Source: a virus. From it: a DNA stretch of 64,000 nt. Both the position numbers and the translations under genes were made by a program. This document shows positions 34,155 through 42,976 of the stretch, piece by piece. The notes beneath the pieces are model-generated. The model was not told the DNA's origin and searched no databases. It saw nothing but the letters and a program-made list of their open reading frames with translations. Position 1 is the first letter of the stretch. The number at the start of each line of letters is the position of its first letter. The stretch is taken from positions 1-64,000 of IMG/VR virus record IMGVR_UViG_3300010939_000019. One strand, 5' to 3'.

Positions 34155-34355
34155 ATGGGCCATCATCTAACGGAAGATAATAAGTTTAAGAGTGATAAGT
34201 ATAAATGGTGTCCTGAAGGATACTTTGCTCTAAAGTTTACTGATCCTGATGCTCGTCAGTGTATTGCTTTTTATTCTGTACTTACACAAGATAAAGAGTT
34301 AGCAGATGATCTAATAGAGGCTCTTAAGAATACCGAAGATGCAGACTCTTCCTGA
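34155..34355 (+). CDS. hypothetical protein
   Basis: 66-aa ORF with RBS GGAGGTGGAG. Confidence 0.45.
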   Translation: MGHHLTEDNKFKSDKYKWCPEGYFALKFTDPDARQCIAFYSVLTQDKELADDLIEALKNTEDADSS

Positions 34356-35079
34356 GCCTTACTTTAAGAGTATGGATGGCAGAATAGTTCTCTATCATGG
34401 AGATGCTGCTGAGATTATGCCGCTGCTCTCTGATAAGGAATTCAAGGCTATTACTACTGATCCTCCTTTCGGGATTTCCTGGAAGAGTAATTGGACAGCT
34501 AAACATCTCCAAAAAGAAGTCCTCAAGGGTGATAAAGACCTGACTTGGATGGGTGACTTTCTAGTAGATTGTGAAAGGCTACTACAGCCAGAAGGTTCAC
34601 TCTATGTTATGACTCGATGGGATAAGATAGGCTTCCTGATTGGCCTGATACGGAATCTTACTAAGCTGAATATTAGAAACTGTATTGTATGGGATAGAAT
34701 TATACATGGTCTTGGTGATATGAAAAGTTATGCTCCTGTATATGACTTAATCTTGTATGCTACAGAAGGTAAGCCTGACTTACTGAGTGATTATAGATTC
34801 ACAAACTTATGGTCAATCAATCGTGAGAATGACAGAAGCACAAATCATCCGACTAGTAAACCAGTGGCTCTCTTTGAGAAAATGTTAGTATGTTCAACTC
34901 AGCAGGGAGACCTGATACTAGACCCATTTGTAGGTTCTGGCCCTAGTCTTGTAGCAGCTAATAAGTTAGGTCGATCTGCCATCGGAATAGAAATAGATGA
35001 ATATTTTTGTAGTTTAGCCGCGCAAAGATTACAGCAACTTCCGATGTTCTTCGAACAGGAAGAAATGGAGATTTCTTGA
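34339..35079 (+). CDS. DNA methyltransferase, N6_N4 family (second copy)
   Basis: ITTDPPFG and LDPFVGSGPS motifs. Confidence 0.85.
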   Translation: MQTLPEPYFKSMDGRIVLYHGDAAEIMPLLSDKEFKAITTDPPFGISWKSNWTAKHLQKEVLKGDKDLTWMGDFLVDCERLLQPEGSLYVMTRWDKIGFLIGLIRNLTKLNIRNCIVWDRIIHGLGDMKSYAPVYDLILYATEGKPDLLSDYRFTNLWSINRENDRSTNHPTSKPVALFEKMLVCSTQQGDLILDPFVGSGPSLVAANKLGRSAIGIEIDEYFCSLAAQRLQQLPMFFEQEEMEIS

Positions 35080-35205
35080 TAGGGAAATCTATAGAAGAGA
35101 TAGCGGATATGTTTAGTGTTGTTCATGGACACGTAAGTAAAATTGTTAATAGAGTAGTGTGGCAGCATATATAAAAATGTTTATGGGACAAAGTGAGATG
35201 ACATT

Positions 35206-35523
35206 ATGAGAAAGATTAGAGTAAGTGTTTCAGATACTAGATCGAAAACAGGGTGGACTGAAGTAACAGCGTATGAGTCTAGAGTTCTAGGCTTGATCTT
35301 CCATCACCCTTTAGTTTTATTAAAGAGACGATGGAATATTACGCATATACACTCTGGAAAATCTATCATCTCTGGAAAATTTAAAACACTTAAAGAAGCT
35401 GAAGTATATACTCAACGATGGTTAAAAAGTATAACTGATTGGACTCAGACTGAAGATCAGTTAATAGAAGAGTCACAAGGTAATCCTGCTAGATTTGAGA
35501 AAGCGAGGATTGAATGGTTCTGA
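35206..35523 (+). CDS. hypothetical protein
   Basis: 105-aa ORF. Confidence 0.5.
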   Translation: MRKIRVSVSDTRSKTGWTEVTAYESRVLGLIFHHPLVLLKRRWNITHIHSGKSIISGKFKTLKEAEVYTQRWLKSITDWTQTEDQLIEESQGNPARFEKARIEWF

Positions 35524-35527
35524 AATT

Positions 35528-35545
35528 CGCTTTAAATAGGTGCAG
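35528..35545 (+). promoter_or_regulatory. CGCTTTAAAT/TAGGTGCAG composite intergenic motif
   Basis: CGCTTTAAAT abuts TAGGTGCAG directly after the stop at 35523. Confidence 0.45.
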
Positions 35546-35637
35546 GGAAGTACAAAAAATCGAATCTGAGTAGTCAGATAATCTTCTGAAGAAGTCTCAG
35601 TCATATCCTAGATGCACTGTATTGACTGTTATAGTGC

Positions 35638-35666
35638 TTGACATTATTGCAGATGTATGTTATACT
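35638..35666 (+). promoter_or_regulatory. conserved promoter copy
   Basis: TTGACA-ttattGCAGATGTATGt-TATACT. Confidence 0.55.
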
Positions 35667-35727
35667 GTGTATGGTGGAGTAGGTGTGGTGGTAGTCAGAG
35701 AAAGGAGATAAGGGATGAGGTTTATCT

Positions 35728-35904
35728 GTGGGTAGAACAAAGGAGATAAGTAAGACATCTAGAGTGATACGTGTTGATCCAGAAGTGCATCAATCTACTA
35801 TAAATATTCAGACAAAGTTAATGGTGGCCGTAGGTCATTTCGTATCTACGAATGACGCAATAAAGTTTTTCTTTAAGCTTAAGGAGAACCATGGAAGATT
35901 ATAG
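35728..35904 (+). CDS. hypothetical small protein
   Basis: 58-aa GTG-start ORF downstream of the promoter. Overlaps the next start. Confidence 0.3.
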   Translation: MGRTKEISKTSRVIRVDPEVHQSTINIQTKLMVAVGHFVSTNDAIKFFFKLKENHGRL

Positions 35905-36946
35905 ATGTCAATATTGTGGAGATGGGCCTTTCCAGAGTGAAGTTTCTAAAAGTGTCCATGAAGGAAGGTTCTGTGATAAGAAACCAGATGATATACTAGT
36001 AACTCCTGTAGATGTAAAAGATACTAATGGCCAGTCGGGACATGCATTAGATGACGAAGAGAAAAAGAAATGGGAAGATAAGAATAAGACAGCCACTAGA
36101 CTTCAGTTCTTTAAATCAGATCCAAACTTCGTTATGCCAGAGCGTTTGCAGGGTAAGCTGGAGCGAATGAGTGTCAGACGAGAACATTCACCGCAGCATC
36201 TCTGGCTTGTAGGTGACGCTGGTACAGGTAAAACTAGTCTTGTTCTAGAGTTTGCAGCTATTACGAAGTCACCAACTTACAAGGCTCCTTGTTCTGCTAT
36301 GACAGAGGTAAGTCAGTGGATGGGTAGAACAGCGTTTACTCCAGAGCGTGGAACGTACTATATTCCTAGTGTCTTCGTAGAGGCTGTTGAAACAGAAGAC
36401 GCTGTAGTTATCTTTAATGATGCTACTCGTGTAGAGAACCCTAAAGTTCTGAATCCTCTTATGGATATTTGTGATGAGACTGGGGCTACATGGTGTGAAG
36501 AGATGGGCAGAGATATCCGAGTAGCTAAGGGTGTTGTCTTCTTTGCAACATCTAATGAAGGTTGGCAGTATACGGGTGCAGATGAAGCAGATGTTGGACT
36601 GAAAGACCGCTTTGATGTGATACCTATTCCGCTTCCACCTGTAGATATTATTCGACAGATAATCTATTCTAAGATTGGCGATACACCAGAGATTGCTACT
36701 GGAGTAGATTTCTTTATGCAGTGTATTAAGAAAGGTCTCCCACTTTCTATTCGTCATGCTCTAAGACTTGCTGCTGATATTAAATACGGAGCTAGTCTAG
36801 TAGATGCTGCTATACTTGGTATGATAGGTAACATGACACCTGATCAACAAACAGAGGCTTTGCAAGTTTTACAGGTTAAGTCTACTAGCCTGGGCGGTAT
36901 TGGCGACTTAGAGATAGAAGATAAATGGAGCCACTGGAATGGATAG
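35891..36946 (+). CDS. AAA+ ATPase, MoxR/CobS-like, with N-terminal C2HC zinc finger
   Basis: Walker A LVGDAGTGKTS, Walker B VVIFNDATR. N-terminal CQYCG...HEGRFC. Paired with the downstream vWA gene. Confidence 0.7.
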   Translation: MEDYRCQYCGDGPFQSEVSKSVHEGRFCDKKPDDILVTPVDVKDTNGQSGHALDDEEKKKWEDKNKTATRLQFFKSDPNFVMPERLQGKLERMSVRREHSPQHLWLVGDAGTGKTSLVLEFAAITKSPTYKAPCSAMTEVSQWMGRTAFTPERGTYYIPSVFVEAVETEDAVVIFNDATRVENPKVLNPLMDICDETGATWCEEMGRDIRVAKGVVFFATSNEGWQYTGADEADVGLKDRFDVIPIPLPPVDIIRQIIYSKIGDTPEIATGVDFFMQCIKKGLPLSIRHALRLAADIKYGASLVDAAILGMIGNMTPDQQTEALQVLQVKSTSLGGIGDLEIEDKWSHWNG

Positions 36947-37118
36947 GCGTGAACTTCTCGTTAATAAGATGTTTAAGCTTCATGAAACTGAAGCGAGTTT
37001 ATGGGAAGATAATACTAGCGAAGATGCTCCATTTAAATATGGGTTAGAAACGTATACAAAGATTGCGAAGCTAGCAACAGAGATACGTGATGGGATAGTA
37101 GGACTTAGTGAGGAATGA
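36939..37118 (+). CDS. hypothetical small protein
   Basis: 59-aa ORF between the AAA+ and vWA genes. Overlaps the upstream stop. Confidence 0.3.
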   Translation: MDRRELLVNKMFKLHETEASLWEDNTSEDAPFKYGLETYTKIAKLATEIRDGIVGLSEE

Positions 37119-37200
37119 CGAAGAGTCTGCGTGAACGGTTCTTGGAAAAGACTCTGCGAGAACGGAACAGCATAGGAGTTGCAAAGGTTAGGTATCCCTA

Positions 37201-39225
37201 ATGAAGAATCTATCTGACTTTTGGAGAACCAGACGTAGCTATGATAAAGCTGTAGAAATGAAAACTGTGTTGGAAGATCTCAAAGCTTTTATCGAGATGG
37301 CTGCTGACGAAGGTGAATTCAATGTTAGATGGGGTACAGCTTCTCAGAATGAGAGTGCTGAAAAGAAAGTAACACTTAGTTATATGCCTGTTGCAGATAT
37401 ACCGACACCGTTCTCTGGTAAGGCTATTGACGTTATAGCAGGCTTTGCGGCACATGAGGCTGGACACCGTATCAGAGATCAGCGTGGTCAATCTGTTAGA
37501 CTACTTGATGATAATGAACGTCCTACAGGTATGACTTCTAATGTAGAACGTGCTATTAGAAATATTCTAGAAGATGTATACATAGATCATTATCTCTATG
37601 TTAGTAAAGCTCCTGTGCTTGAGACTTATATCAGACGTGGTAGAGATTGGGATAAAACTCAGGCGAAGTATGCTATTGATGTTGATGAGTTAAAGCAGAA
37701 AGCTCAAGCTGAAGGTCTGTCTAAGATTGATATTCTTAGGCTCTGGATTAAGTATGAGCTATATGCTTTTAATTCAGCAGAGGAACTGAAGGACTTCCCT
37801 GACTCTGTTCTAGAGACACTACTTAACTTAGCCCAAATAACGGATACATACTGTAAGAAAAAGGGTTTAGTAGATGCAGTGTCAATATATGAATCTATAT
37901 GGGATCAGTTTAAAGGTTATAGTGAGCCTGTTATTCAACCTTCTGGTAATGGAGAAAGTGGAGATGATGGTAACAATGGAGAAGATGAGGATGATCAAGG
38001 GACAGACTTTAGTAGTGGCTCAGGTAGTAAGAAAGAAGACGATGACCAAGAATCAGAGGATGGTAAGATAGAAGATTCTAATAGTATAGGCCAAGAACCA
38101 GAGGATCAAGATTCTGAAGATGATGAGGCTGAGGCTGATAATGAATCTGGAATAGGTGCAGATAGGGATGAAGAATCTGATGATGCAGATAGGGATGAAG
38201 AATCTGATGATGAGGAAGTTGATGACGAACCGTCTTCAGGTGAGACAGATAAACTCTATGATAATCTCTTGTCATGTCAAGACGAAGAGCGTAATGAGCT
38301 ACCTGCAGAATTAGGACAAAGCGTTGAAGCTGCTATCATGAATGACAGAGAAGATATATCTCAAGATGTAATAGAAGAATTTAGTGATGAAGGTTTCTTT
38401 GATGCTATGCAAGATCAGTATCACTCTAATATCATTGTTGAGAAGGCAACGACGCTGATTCTACCTAATCAAGATGATGAAGTATCTCGTAGTATTCGAC
38501 AGATATTCAACTTCCGTAAGAGACGTAAGACACGATATAGTCGTGGAACTGAAGAAGGAACAATATCTCAGACAAGGCTTTATCGTGCTGGTATGGGTAG
38601 TTCTCACCTGTATGAGAAGAGAGATATTAAGGATAGTCTGGATATCAATGTCTGCATCTTATGTGATATGTCTTCATCAGTACATGCAAGTCAGAAGATA
38701 CTAGGTCAATGTGTCAGCTCTTTAGCGTTAGGTTTATCCCATCGCAGAGGAGTAAAGGTATGTATATTAGCTTATAACTCTCCTGTTTTATTATTTGGTG
38801 CTGACAAAAATGATGTAAGTATATATCGTCTGTTTGAAACAGGTAGCAAGGAAGTAAGCTTTATCGAAGCTAATGGTGGAACACCATCCGTAGCAGCTAT
38901 GGGAGCTGTTCCTGGCTTGATACGTAGACTACTTGGTAGAGCTAGTGATAACCTTCTTATTCATATCACTGATGGCTTCCCGCATGATGAGAGTCTTTTG
39001 GGTACAGATATAGAAGACTTAATAGAAGTCTTAGCTAAGAAACACAAGATAGATACATACTGCCTTGCTGTTATGGGTTATGGTGCAGGTACTGCTGGTC
39101 TTGCAAGTAATCAGGATAATCTACTTAAGAAAGCATACGGTGATTCTTATGAGAAGCTGAATAGTTATACTGATTTGCCAGAGGCTCTTAGGAAGCTATT
39201 ATATAATCTGTTGGTGACAACATGA
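37201..39225 (+). CDS. vWA-domain protein (CobT-like) with N-terminal HExxH motif and acidic linker
   Basis: C-terminal MIDAS-like DMSSS in NVCILCDMSSSV, HEAGH at aa 85-89 (nt 37453-37467), and a D/E-rich region at about aa 250-345. Confidence 0.7.
   Translation: MKNLSDFWRTRRSYDKAVEMKTVLEDLKAFIEMAADEGEFNVRWGTASQNESAEKKVTLSYMPVADIPTPFSGKAIDVIAGFAAHEAGHRIRDQRGQSVRLLDDNERPTGMTSNVERAIRNILEDVYIDHYLYVSKAPVLETYIRRGRDWDKTQAKYAIDVDELKQKAQAEGLSKIDILRLWIKYELYAFNSAEELKDFPDSVLETLLNLAQITDTYCKKKGLVDAVSIYESIWDQFKGYSEPVIQPSGNGESGDDGNNGEDEDDQGTDFSSGSGSKKEDDDQESEDGKIEDSNSIGQEPEDQDSEDDEAEADNESGIGADRDEESDDADRDEESDDEEVDDEPSSGETDKLYDNLLSCQDEERNELPAELGQSVEAAIMNDREDISQDVIEEFSDEGFFDAMQDQYHSNIIVEKATTLILPNQDDEVSRSIRQIFNFRKRRKTRYSRGTEEGTISQTRLYRAGMGSSHLYEKRDIKDSLDINVCILCDMSSSVHASQKILGQCVSSLALGLSHRRGVKVCILAYNSPVLLFGADKNDVSIYRLFETGSKEVSFIEANGGTPSVAAMGAVPGLIRRLLGRASDNLLIHITDGFPHDESLLGTDIEDLIEVLAKKHKIDTYCLAVMGYGAGTAGLASNQDNLLKKAYGDSYEKLNSYTDLPEALRKLLYNLLVTT
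38158..38211 (+). repeat. perfect 27-nt tandem duplication (ADRDEESDD x2)
   Basis: GCAGATAGGGATGAAGAATCTGATGAT occurs at 38158-38184 and again at 38185-38211. Confidence 0.9.
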
Positions 39226-39602
39226 GTAAGGTAGACTATTATGTCTGTGAGCAAGATGATATAGATCATGACTTTAAAACAGTTAGACTTAAAGTCAACA
39301 GGACGCTCTATCCACAAGCACAGGTCTGTAAGCGTTGTGGGTCTATCTTTGACTTAGGTAACCTAGGTGCAGATATTAAGAAGGTAGTAGCTCAATTATC
39401 TGGTATGGATTTAACTCAGTTTAAACTTAAGGAAGCGACTAAGACTAATCAAGCAGTTTTGCTTGCTAGAAAGATGGAGAGGATTTCAAGGCCAACAGTC
39501 AAGGGCAAGGCTTTCCATGAGCGATTAATAAAGACATTACTAACGAAAGAGGAAGAACGTAAGCATCAGCCTTCAGCGTCACCCTGGCGCATGAATGGAT
39601 AG
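39222..39602 (+). CDS. hypothetical protein
   Basis: 126-aa ORF overlapping the upstream stop (ATGA). Confidence 0.5.
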   Translation: MSKVDYYVCEQDDIDHDFKTVRLKVNRTLYPQAQVCKRCGSIFDLGNLGADIKKVVAQLSGMDLTQFKLKEATKTNQAVLLARKMERISRPTVKGKAFHERLIKTLLTKEEERKHQPSASPWRMNG

Positions 39603-39891
39603 GAAAGGATTTAAAATGGAAACTAATAACGAAGATGATGTATGCTGTCCTTTTGAAGACATACAAGATAAGAGTTTAGAGACAGCTAGGATTCTACTTA
39701 CTAATCTTGGAGCTAGAATGCTGCGTGGTCTAAAGAATCAAGTTACTACAGATGAACATAGGTCGTTATTACTCTGTGTTAGTATTATCGAAACGGAACA
39801 GCAGCTACGATCCTACCAAATTACCAGTGGGCATCATCATCCCATAAAAGCAGCCACCGATGGCGAAAGTGGCAATGCTAACAAATGTTAG
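39595..39891 (+). CDS. hypothetical protein
   Basis: 98-aa ORF. Its stop lies inside the TGTTAGACA motif. Confidence 0.45.
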   Translation: MDRKGFKMETNNEDDVCCPFEDIQDKSLETARILLTNLGARMLRGLKNQVTTDEHRSLLLCVSIIETEQQLRSYQITSGHHHPIKAATDGESGNANKC

Positions 39892-39966
39892 ACACTAGTT
39901 TCGAGAGGAGGCTGGTGGGGGAGGATAGTCAAGGGCACTTTAGAAACAAAGAGGATTTGTCTAACA

Positions 39967-40341
39967 ATGTCTAACACTTTATTGCTAGTAATTGAGGAGT
40001 GTGCTATGAGTGATTACGAGAGTATGCGAGAAGACGCTAAACGTGAACGATACGAGGAGAAGCAAGAAGCTGTATTACCAGAGCCGTGTGGCTGTGAATT
40101 TCTTAGTGAGTGTTGCGGTATAGCTCCTGACGAAGCCTCACCTGATATAGCTAAAGATAATCTAGCAGGTATCTGTGGTGGATGTAGAGAGCATACTGTC
40201 TTCGAACCTTCTCAAGAACAGACATGGGTGCAGATATATTCTGGTATATATGGCGATGATGCAGATGGTAATCGAGGAGTGCCAATGAGAGTGTTTGAGT
40301 GTACTAGTTGTAAGGAAGAGAAGGAGGTAATCTATGTTTGA
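39967..40341 (+). CDS. Cys-rich hypothetical protein
   Basis: 124 aa. Alternative ATG at 40006 with RBS GAGGAG. CGCEFLSECCG...CGGC...CTSC. Confidence 0.45.
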   Translation: MSNTLLLVIEECAMSDYESMREDAKRERYEEKQEAVLPEPCGCEFLSECCGIAPDEASPDIAKDNLAGICGGCREHTVFEPSQEQTWVQIYSGIYGDDADGNRGVPMRVFECTSCKEEKEVIYV

Positions 40342-40528
40342 AGCTATAGAGTTACGTAAACAGGTAGAGAAGGGCTGGCCTAGTAAGTTTGAAGTTATGA
40401 CAGAGAAAGAGATGGCTGATATTACTTATGGTGCTATGACTGCTGCTAGTAGAAGAATAGAGGAGTTCTTACTAGATAAGTTAGGTGAGCGAGAACAGTC
40501 TTACTCTCATAGAGGAGGTAATCTATAA
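40334..40528 (+). CDS. hypothetical protein
   Basis: 64-aa ORF, RBS AAGGAGG. Confidence 0.45.
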   Translation: MFEAIELRKQVEKGWPSKFEVMTEKEMADITYGAMTAASRRIEEFLLDKLGEREQSYSHRGGNL

Positions 40529-40758
40529 TGGTAGGTGAAGTAAACTGTATGTGTGAGTTTGGAAGTCCAAATGATCAGTGTCCTATTCACGGATATGAAG
40601 CATGGAAGAAACAAGCACAGGAAACATATAAACAAGAAGAAGATTGCCCACGTTGTAGCGGTGATCCAGATGGTGTATGTCATCATCAAAATGAGGATAT
40701 GATTCCTGCAGATGAAGCAGGTGAGGCATCAGCTAATCAGAAACATAGGTGGGGATAA
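40528..40758 (+). CDS. Cys-rich hypothetical protein
   Basis: 76 aa, RBS AGGAGG. CMCEFGSPNDQCP...CPRCSG...C. Confidence 0.45.
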   Translation: MVGEVNCMCEFGSPNDQCPIHGYEAWKKQAQETYKQEEDCPRCSGDPDGVCHHQNEDMIPADEAGEASANQKHRWG

Positions 40759-40761
40759 ACT

Positions 40762-41058
40762 GTGAACTTAAATAGATTTCTTGAAGAGCTTAGTAAGACT
40801 GGTGGTAATTGGTATGTAGATCATCAGAATATTAGAAGAGGTAAGGAGCATGATATAAGTAATCCTTATCACTGTCCTATCTCAGCAGTTGGTTCAAGAG
40901 TAAAGAAACGAGTGTATGCAGTTTATGAATTTATGGATGCAGGTGACGCTATAGGATTAAGTTCAGAACTTATAGGTTGTATCTTTGCTGCGACAGATAA
41001 TGTAGGTGAACCAGTACTACGGACTAGAATTCTAAAGGCTGTAGGACTAAAGGAATAA
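40762..41058 (+). CDS. hypothetical protein
   Basis: 98 aa, GTG start. Confidence 0.45.
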   Translation: MNLNRFLEELSKTGGNWYVDHQNIRRGKEHDISNPYHCPISAVGSRVKKRVYAVYEFMDAGDAIGLSSELIGCIFAATDNVGEPVLRTRILKAVGLKE

Positions 41059-41075
41059 TAGAGAGGTATATTAAT

Positions 41076-41351
41076 ATGAAGACTAGCATTATTGGAGCTC
41101 ATTATCCAGAGGAAGTTTTAGGCATTAACCGTGTACTGAGTTATAGCTATTGGAATCAGAGTGGTATCGGTATTGTTATAGTAGCAATAGAAGGTTATGC
41201 TGACGATTGGGCTGCATATATAGGTGCAGGTACTGCTGGTATATCTGAAGAGGAGACTGTTAGGTATATCTGCAGAAAGGGTTGTAAGTTATCTCGTAGA
41301 AAGGCAGCTGCATGGTTTCCTCAGTTCCCGATAAAGAGGTATAGAGAGTGA
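41076..41351 (+). CDS. hypothetical protein
   Basis: 91 aa. DDWAAYIG motif of unknown function. Confidence 0.5.
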   Translation: MKTSIIGAHYPEEVLGINRVLSYSYWNQSGIGIVIVAIEGYADDWAAYIGAGTAGISEEETVRYICRKGCKLSRRKAAAWFPQFPIKRYRE

Positions 41352-41803
41352 GAGAACCAGCAGTTCTAGCTAGACGGCCTCATTATCAGGGTATGCCTAT
41401 ACCTGCTAATATTATAATAGATGATGGTATACCTGACTTTGCAGCTATAGATAAACGTCAGTCAGTTAAGCTAGCAAAGAAACGTTTCTGTGCTATGTGC
41501 GGAACAAGACTTAGAAGACCAATAGCTTTCATAGGTGGGGGCCTGTCACTCAAAGATGGAGTGTTCAGTGATGGGCCAATGCATCCTAAGTGTGCTAGAT
41601 ATGCAGCTGAAGTCTGTTCATTCGTTAGTGATAAGCATCATGAATATAGAGTACATTATAAGGAGCATTCTGGCATGGATTCTGAGATAGTACCTATGGG
41701 TAAATCAGAGATTATGGGTATACTCATAGCTACAGATTACGAGATAGTAACAGGAGGTATATTCGAGGCTGTTAATATTAGAAGTAGGGAGATGATTGAG
41801 TGA
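41348..41803 (+). CDS. hypothetical Cys-containing protein
   Basis: 151 aa, FCAMCG...HPKCARYAAEVC. Confidence 0.5.
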   Translation: MREPAVLARRPHYQGMPIPANIIIDDGIPDFAAIDKRQSVKLAKKRFCAMCGTRLRRPIAFIGGGLSLKDGVFSDGPMHPKCARYAAEVCSFVSDKHHEYRVHYKEHSGMDSEIVPMGKSEIMGILIATDYEIVTGGIFEAVNIRSREMIE

Positions 41804-41914
41804 CTACTGTATATGGTGAATCCGTAATCTGTAATCGTTGTGGGTGCAGCTTTGTGCCAAAGAACTTAGAAGAGCTTAGGCGTTATTACTCAGGTGAATC
41901 TTGTGTCCATAAGC

Positions 41915-42199
41915 ATGAAGAGTCTTGTAAATATGTCAGATGACCTACTAACTAAGATACGTGAAGCTAAAGGATATATAGATAAGGCTGTATCTGTTTT
42001 AGGATATGTCACAGATCACCAGAGAGATGAATACTTTATGGAAGCACTATTAGCTGTAGAGGATACAGCTACTGATTTATCTTATGAAGCATGGTCTATT
42101 AAGATGAATATATGGGCAGCTCAGGGCAAGATATCTAGCTTTCCTGAGCCTTCAGTGCAGTCATTCACTGGAACTAGAAAGATACCAGAGGTAAGATAA
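41915..42199 (+). CDS. hypothetical protein
   Basis: In frame with track ORF 41894-42199. ATG candidates at 41915 and 41933. Confidence 0.4.
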   Translation: MKSLVNMSDDLLTKIREAKGYIDKAVSVLGYVTDHQRDEYFMEALLAVEDTATDLSYEAWSIKMNIWAAQGKISSFPEPSVQSFTGTRKIPEVR

Positions 42200-42417
42200 T
42201 GGATGAAGCTAAGTGCTCAGCTAACTGTGACAAAGACTTCAAAGATCATGAAGTGATAGTAGGTGTCACTACTGCAATAGTTTCTAACATTGATGATGCT
42301 ATTGTCCCAGATGATCAGCCTTGGCTAGCTTTATATCATAAGCAGTGTTGGAAGGGAGCAATCATAGTGGGAGTTAAGAGTGGGGATTCCGCCAAAGAGA
42401 CAGGCGACTCTGGATAG
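42199..42417 (+). CDS. hypothetical protein
   Basis: 72-aa ORF, TAATG overlap. Confidence 0.45.
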   Translation: MDEAKCSANCDKDFKDHEVIVGVTTAIVSNIDDAIVPDDQPWLALYHKQCWKGAIIVGVKSGDSAKETGDSG

Positions 42418-42793
42418 TCTGACTGAGCTAGCTCTAAAACGAGCATGGCCGAAGTTAGGAAGACAGACTCGCCAAGTGATGTATCTGGCTATAGTTAAGG
42501 GCTTCAAGAATAAAGAGATAGCAGATATGTTAGATATAAGCTTTCATACTGTATATGAACAGCTATGGCGGGCTGTACAAAAAGCACATGCTAAGACTAG
42601 AAGACAAGCCTATGCGTTCTATGCTATCAGATTTAACCAGGAGAATAAAATGGTTTGTAAAGAGTGTAAAGATACAAAGAAGATAGGACTATGTTCAGGT
42701 TGTGGTACTGAAGAGAATGATCCTCATCATCATCTAAAATGCCAGAGAACTGGATTCACACAAATAGATTGTCCTGCTTGCAAAACGCTTTAA
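42380..42793 (+). CDS. sigma-70 region-4/LuxR-type HTH protein with C-terminal zinc ribbon
   Basis: RQTRQVMYLAIVKGFKNKEIADMLDISFHTVYEQLWRAVQKA matches the region 4.2 pattern. C-terminal CKEC...CSGC...CPAC. Confidence 0.55.
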   Translation: MGIPPKRQATLDSLTELALKRAWPKLGRQTRQVMYLAIVKGFKNKEIADMLDISFHTVYEQLWRAVQKAHAKTRRQAYAFYAIRFNQENKMVCKECKDTKKIGLCSGCGTEENDPHHHLKCQRTGFTQIDCPACKTL

Positions 42794-42817
42794 ATAAGAA
42801 AATGCTTAGGAGATACT

Positions 42818-42973
42818 ATGAAGATAAACAACACAAGTAAAAGAAGATTTCTTGTCTTTCTAATGGTGCTTCCAGGACTGCTGGCACTACAGTCTATGAC
42901 TAATGCTAGTGATTTAGAGTTTCTGGGATTCTCTATTACAATATTTGTTATTGCCTATCATCTATTTGAGTAG
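42818..42973 (+). CDS. small membrane protein
   Basis: 51 aa with two hydrophobic helices. RBS TAGGAG. Confidence 0.35.
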   Translation: MKINNTSKRRFLVFLMVLPGLLALQSMTNASDLEFLGFSITIFVIAYHLFE

Positions 42974-42976
42974 AAG

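Noticed and set aside
35075-35173. 32-aa TTG ORF ...KSIEEIADMFSVVHGHVSKIVNRVVWQHI resembling the C-terminal HTH of the HNH_3 endonuclease at 30740-31228
   Set aside because: It is too short, has a weak start, and has no nuclease part nearby. It may be a remnant of a lost homing endonuclease, but that is not supportable as a gene.
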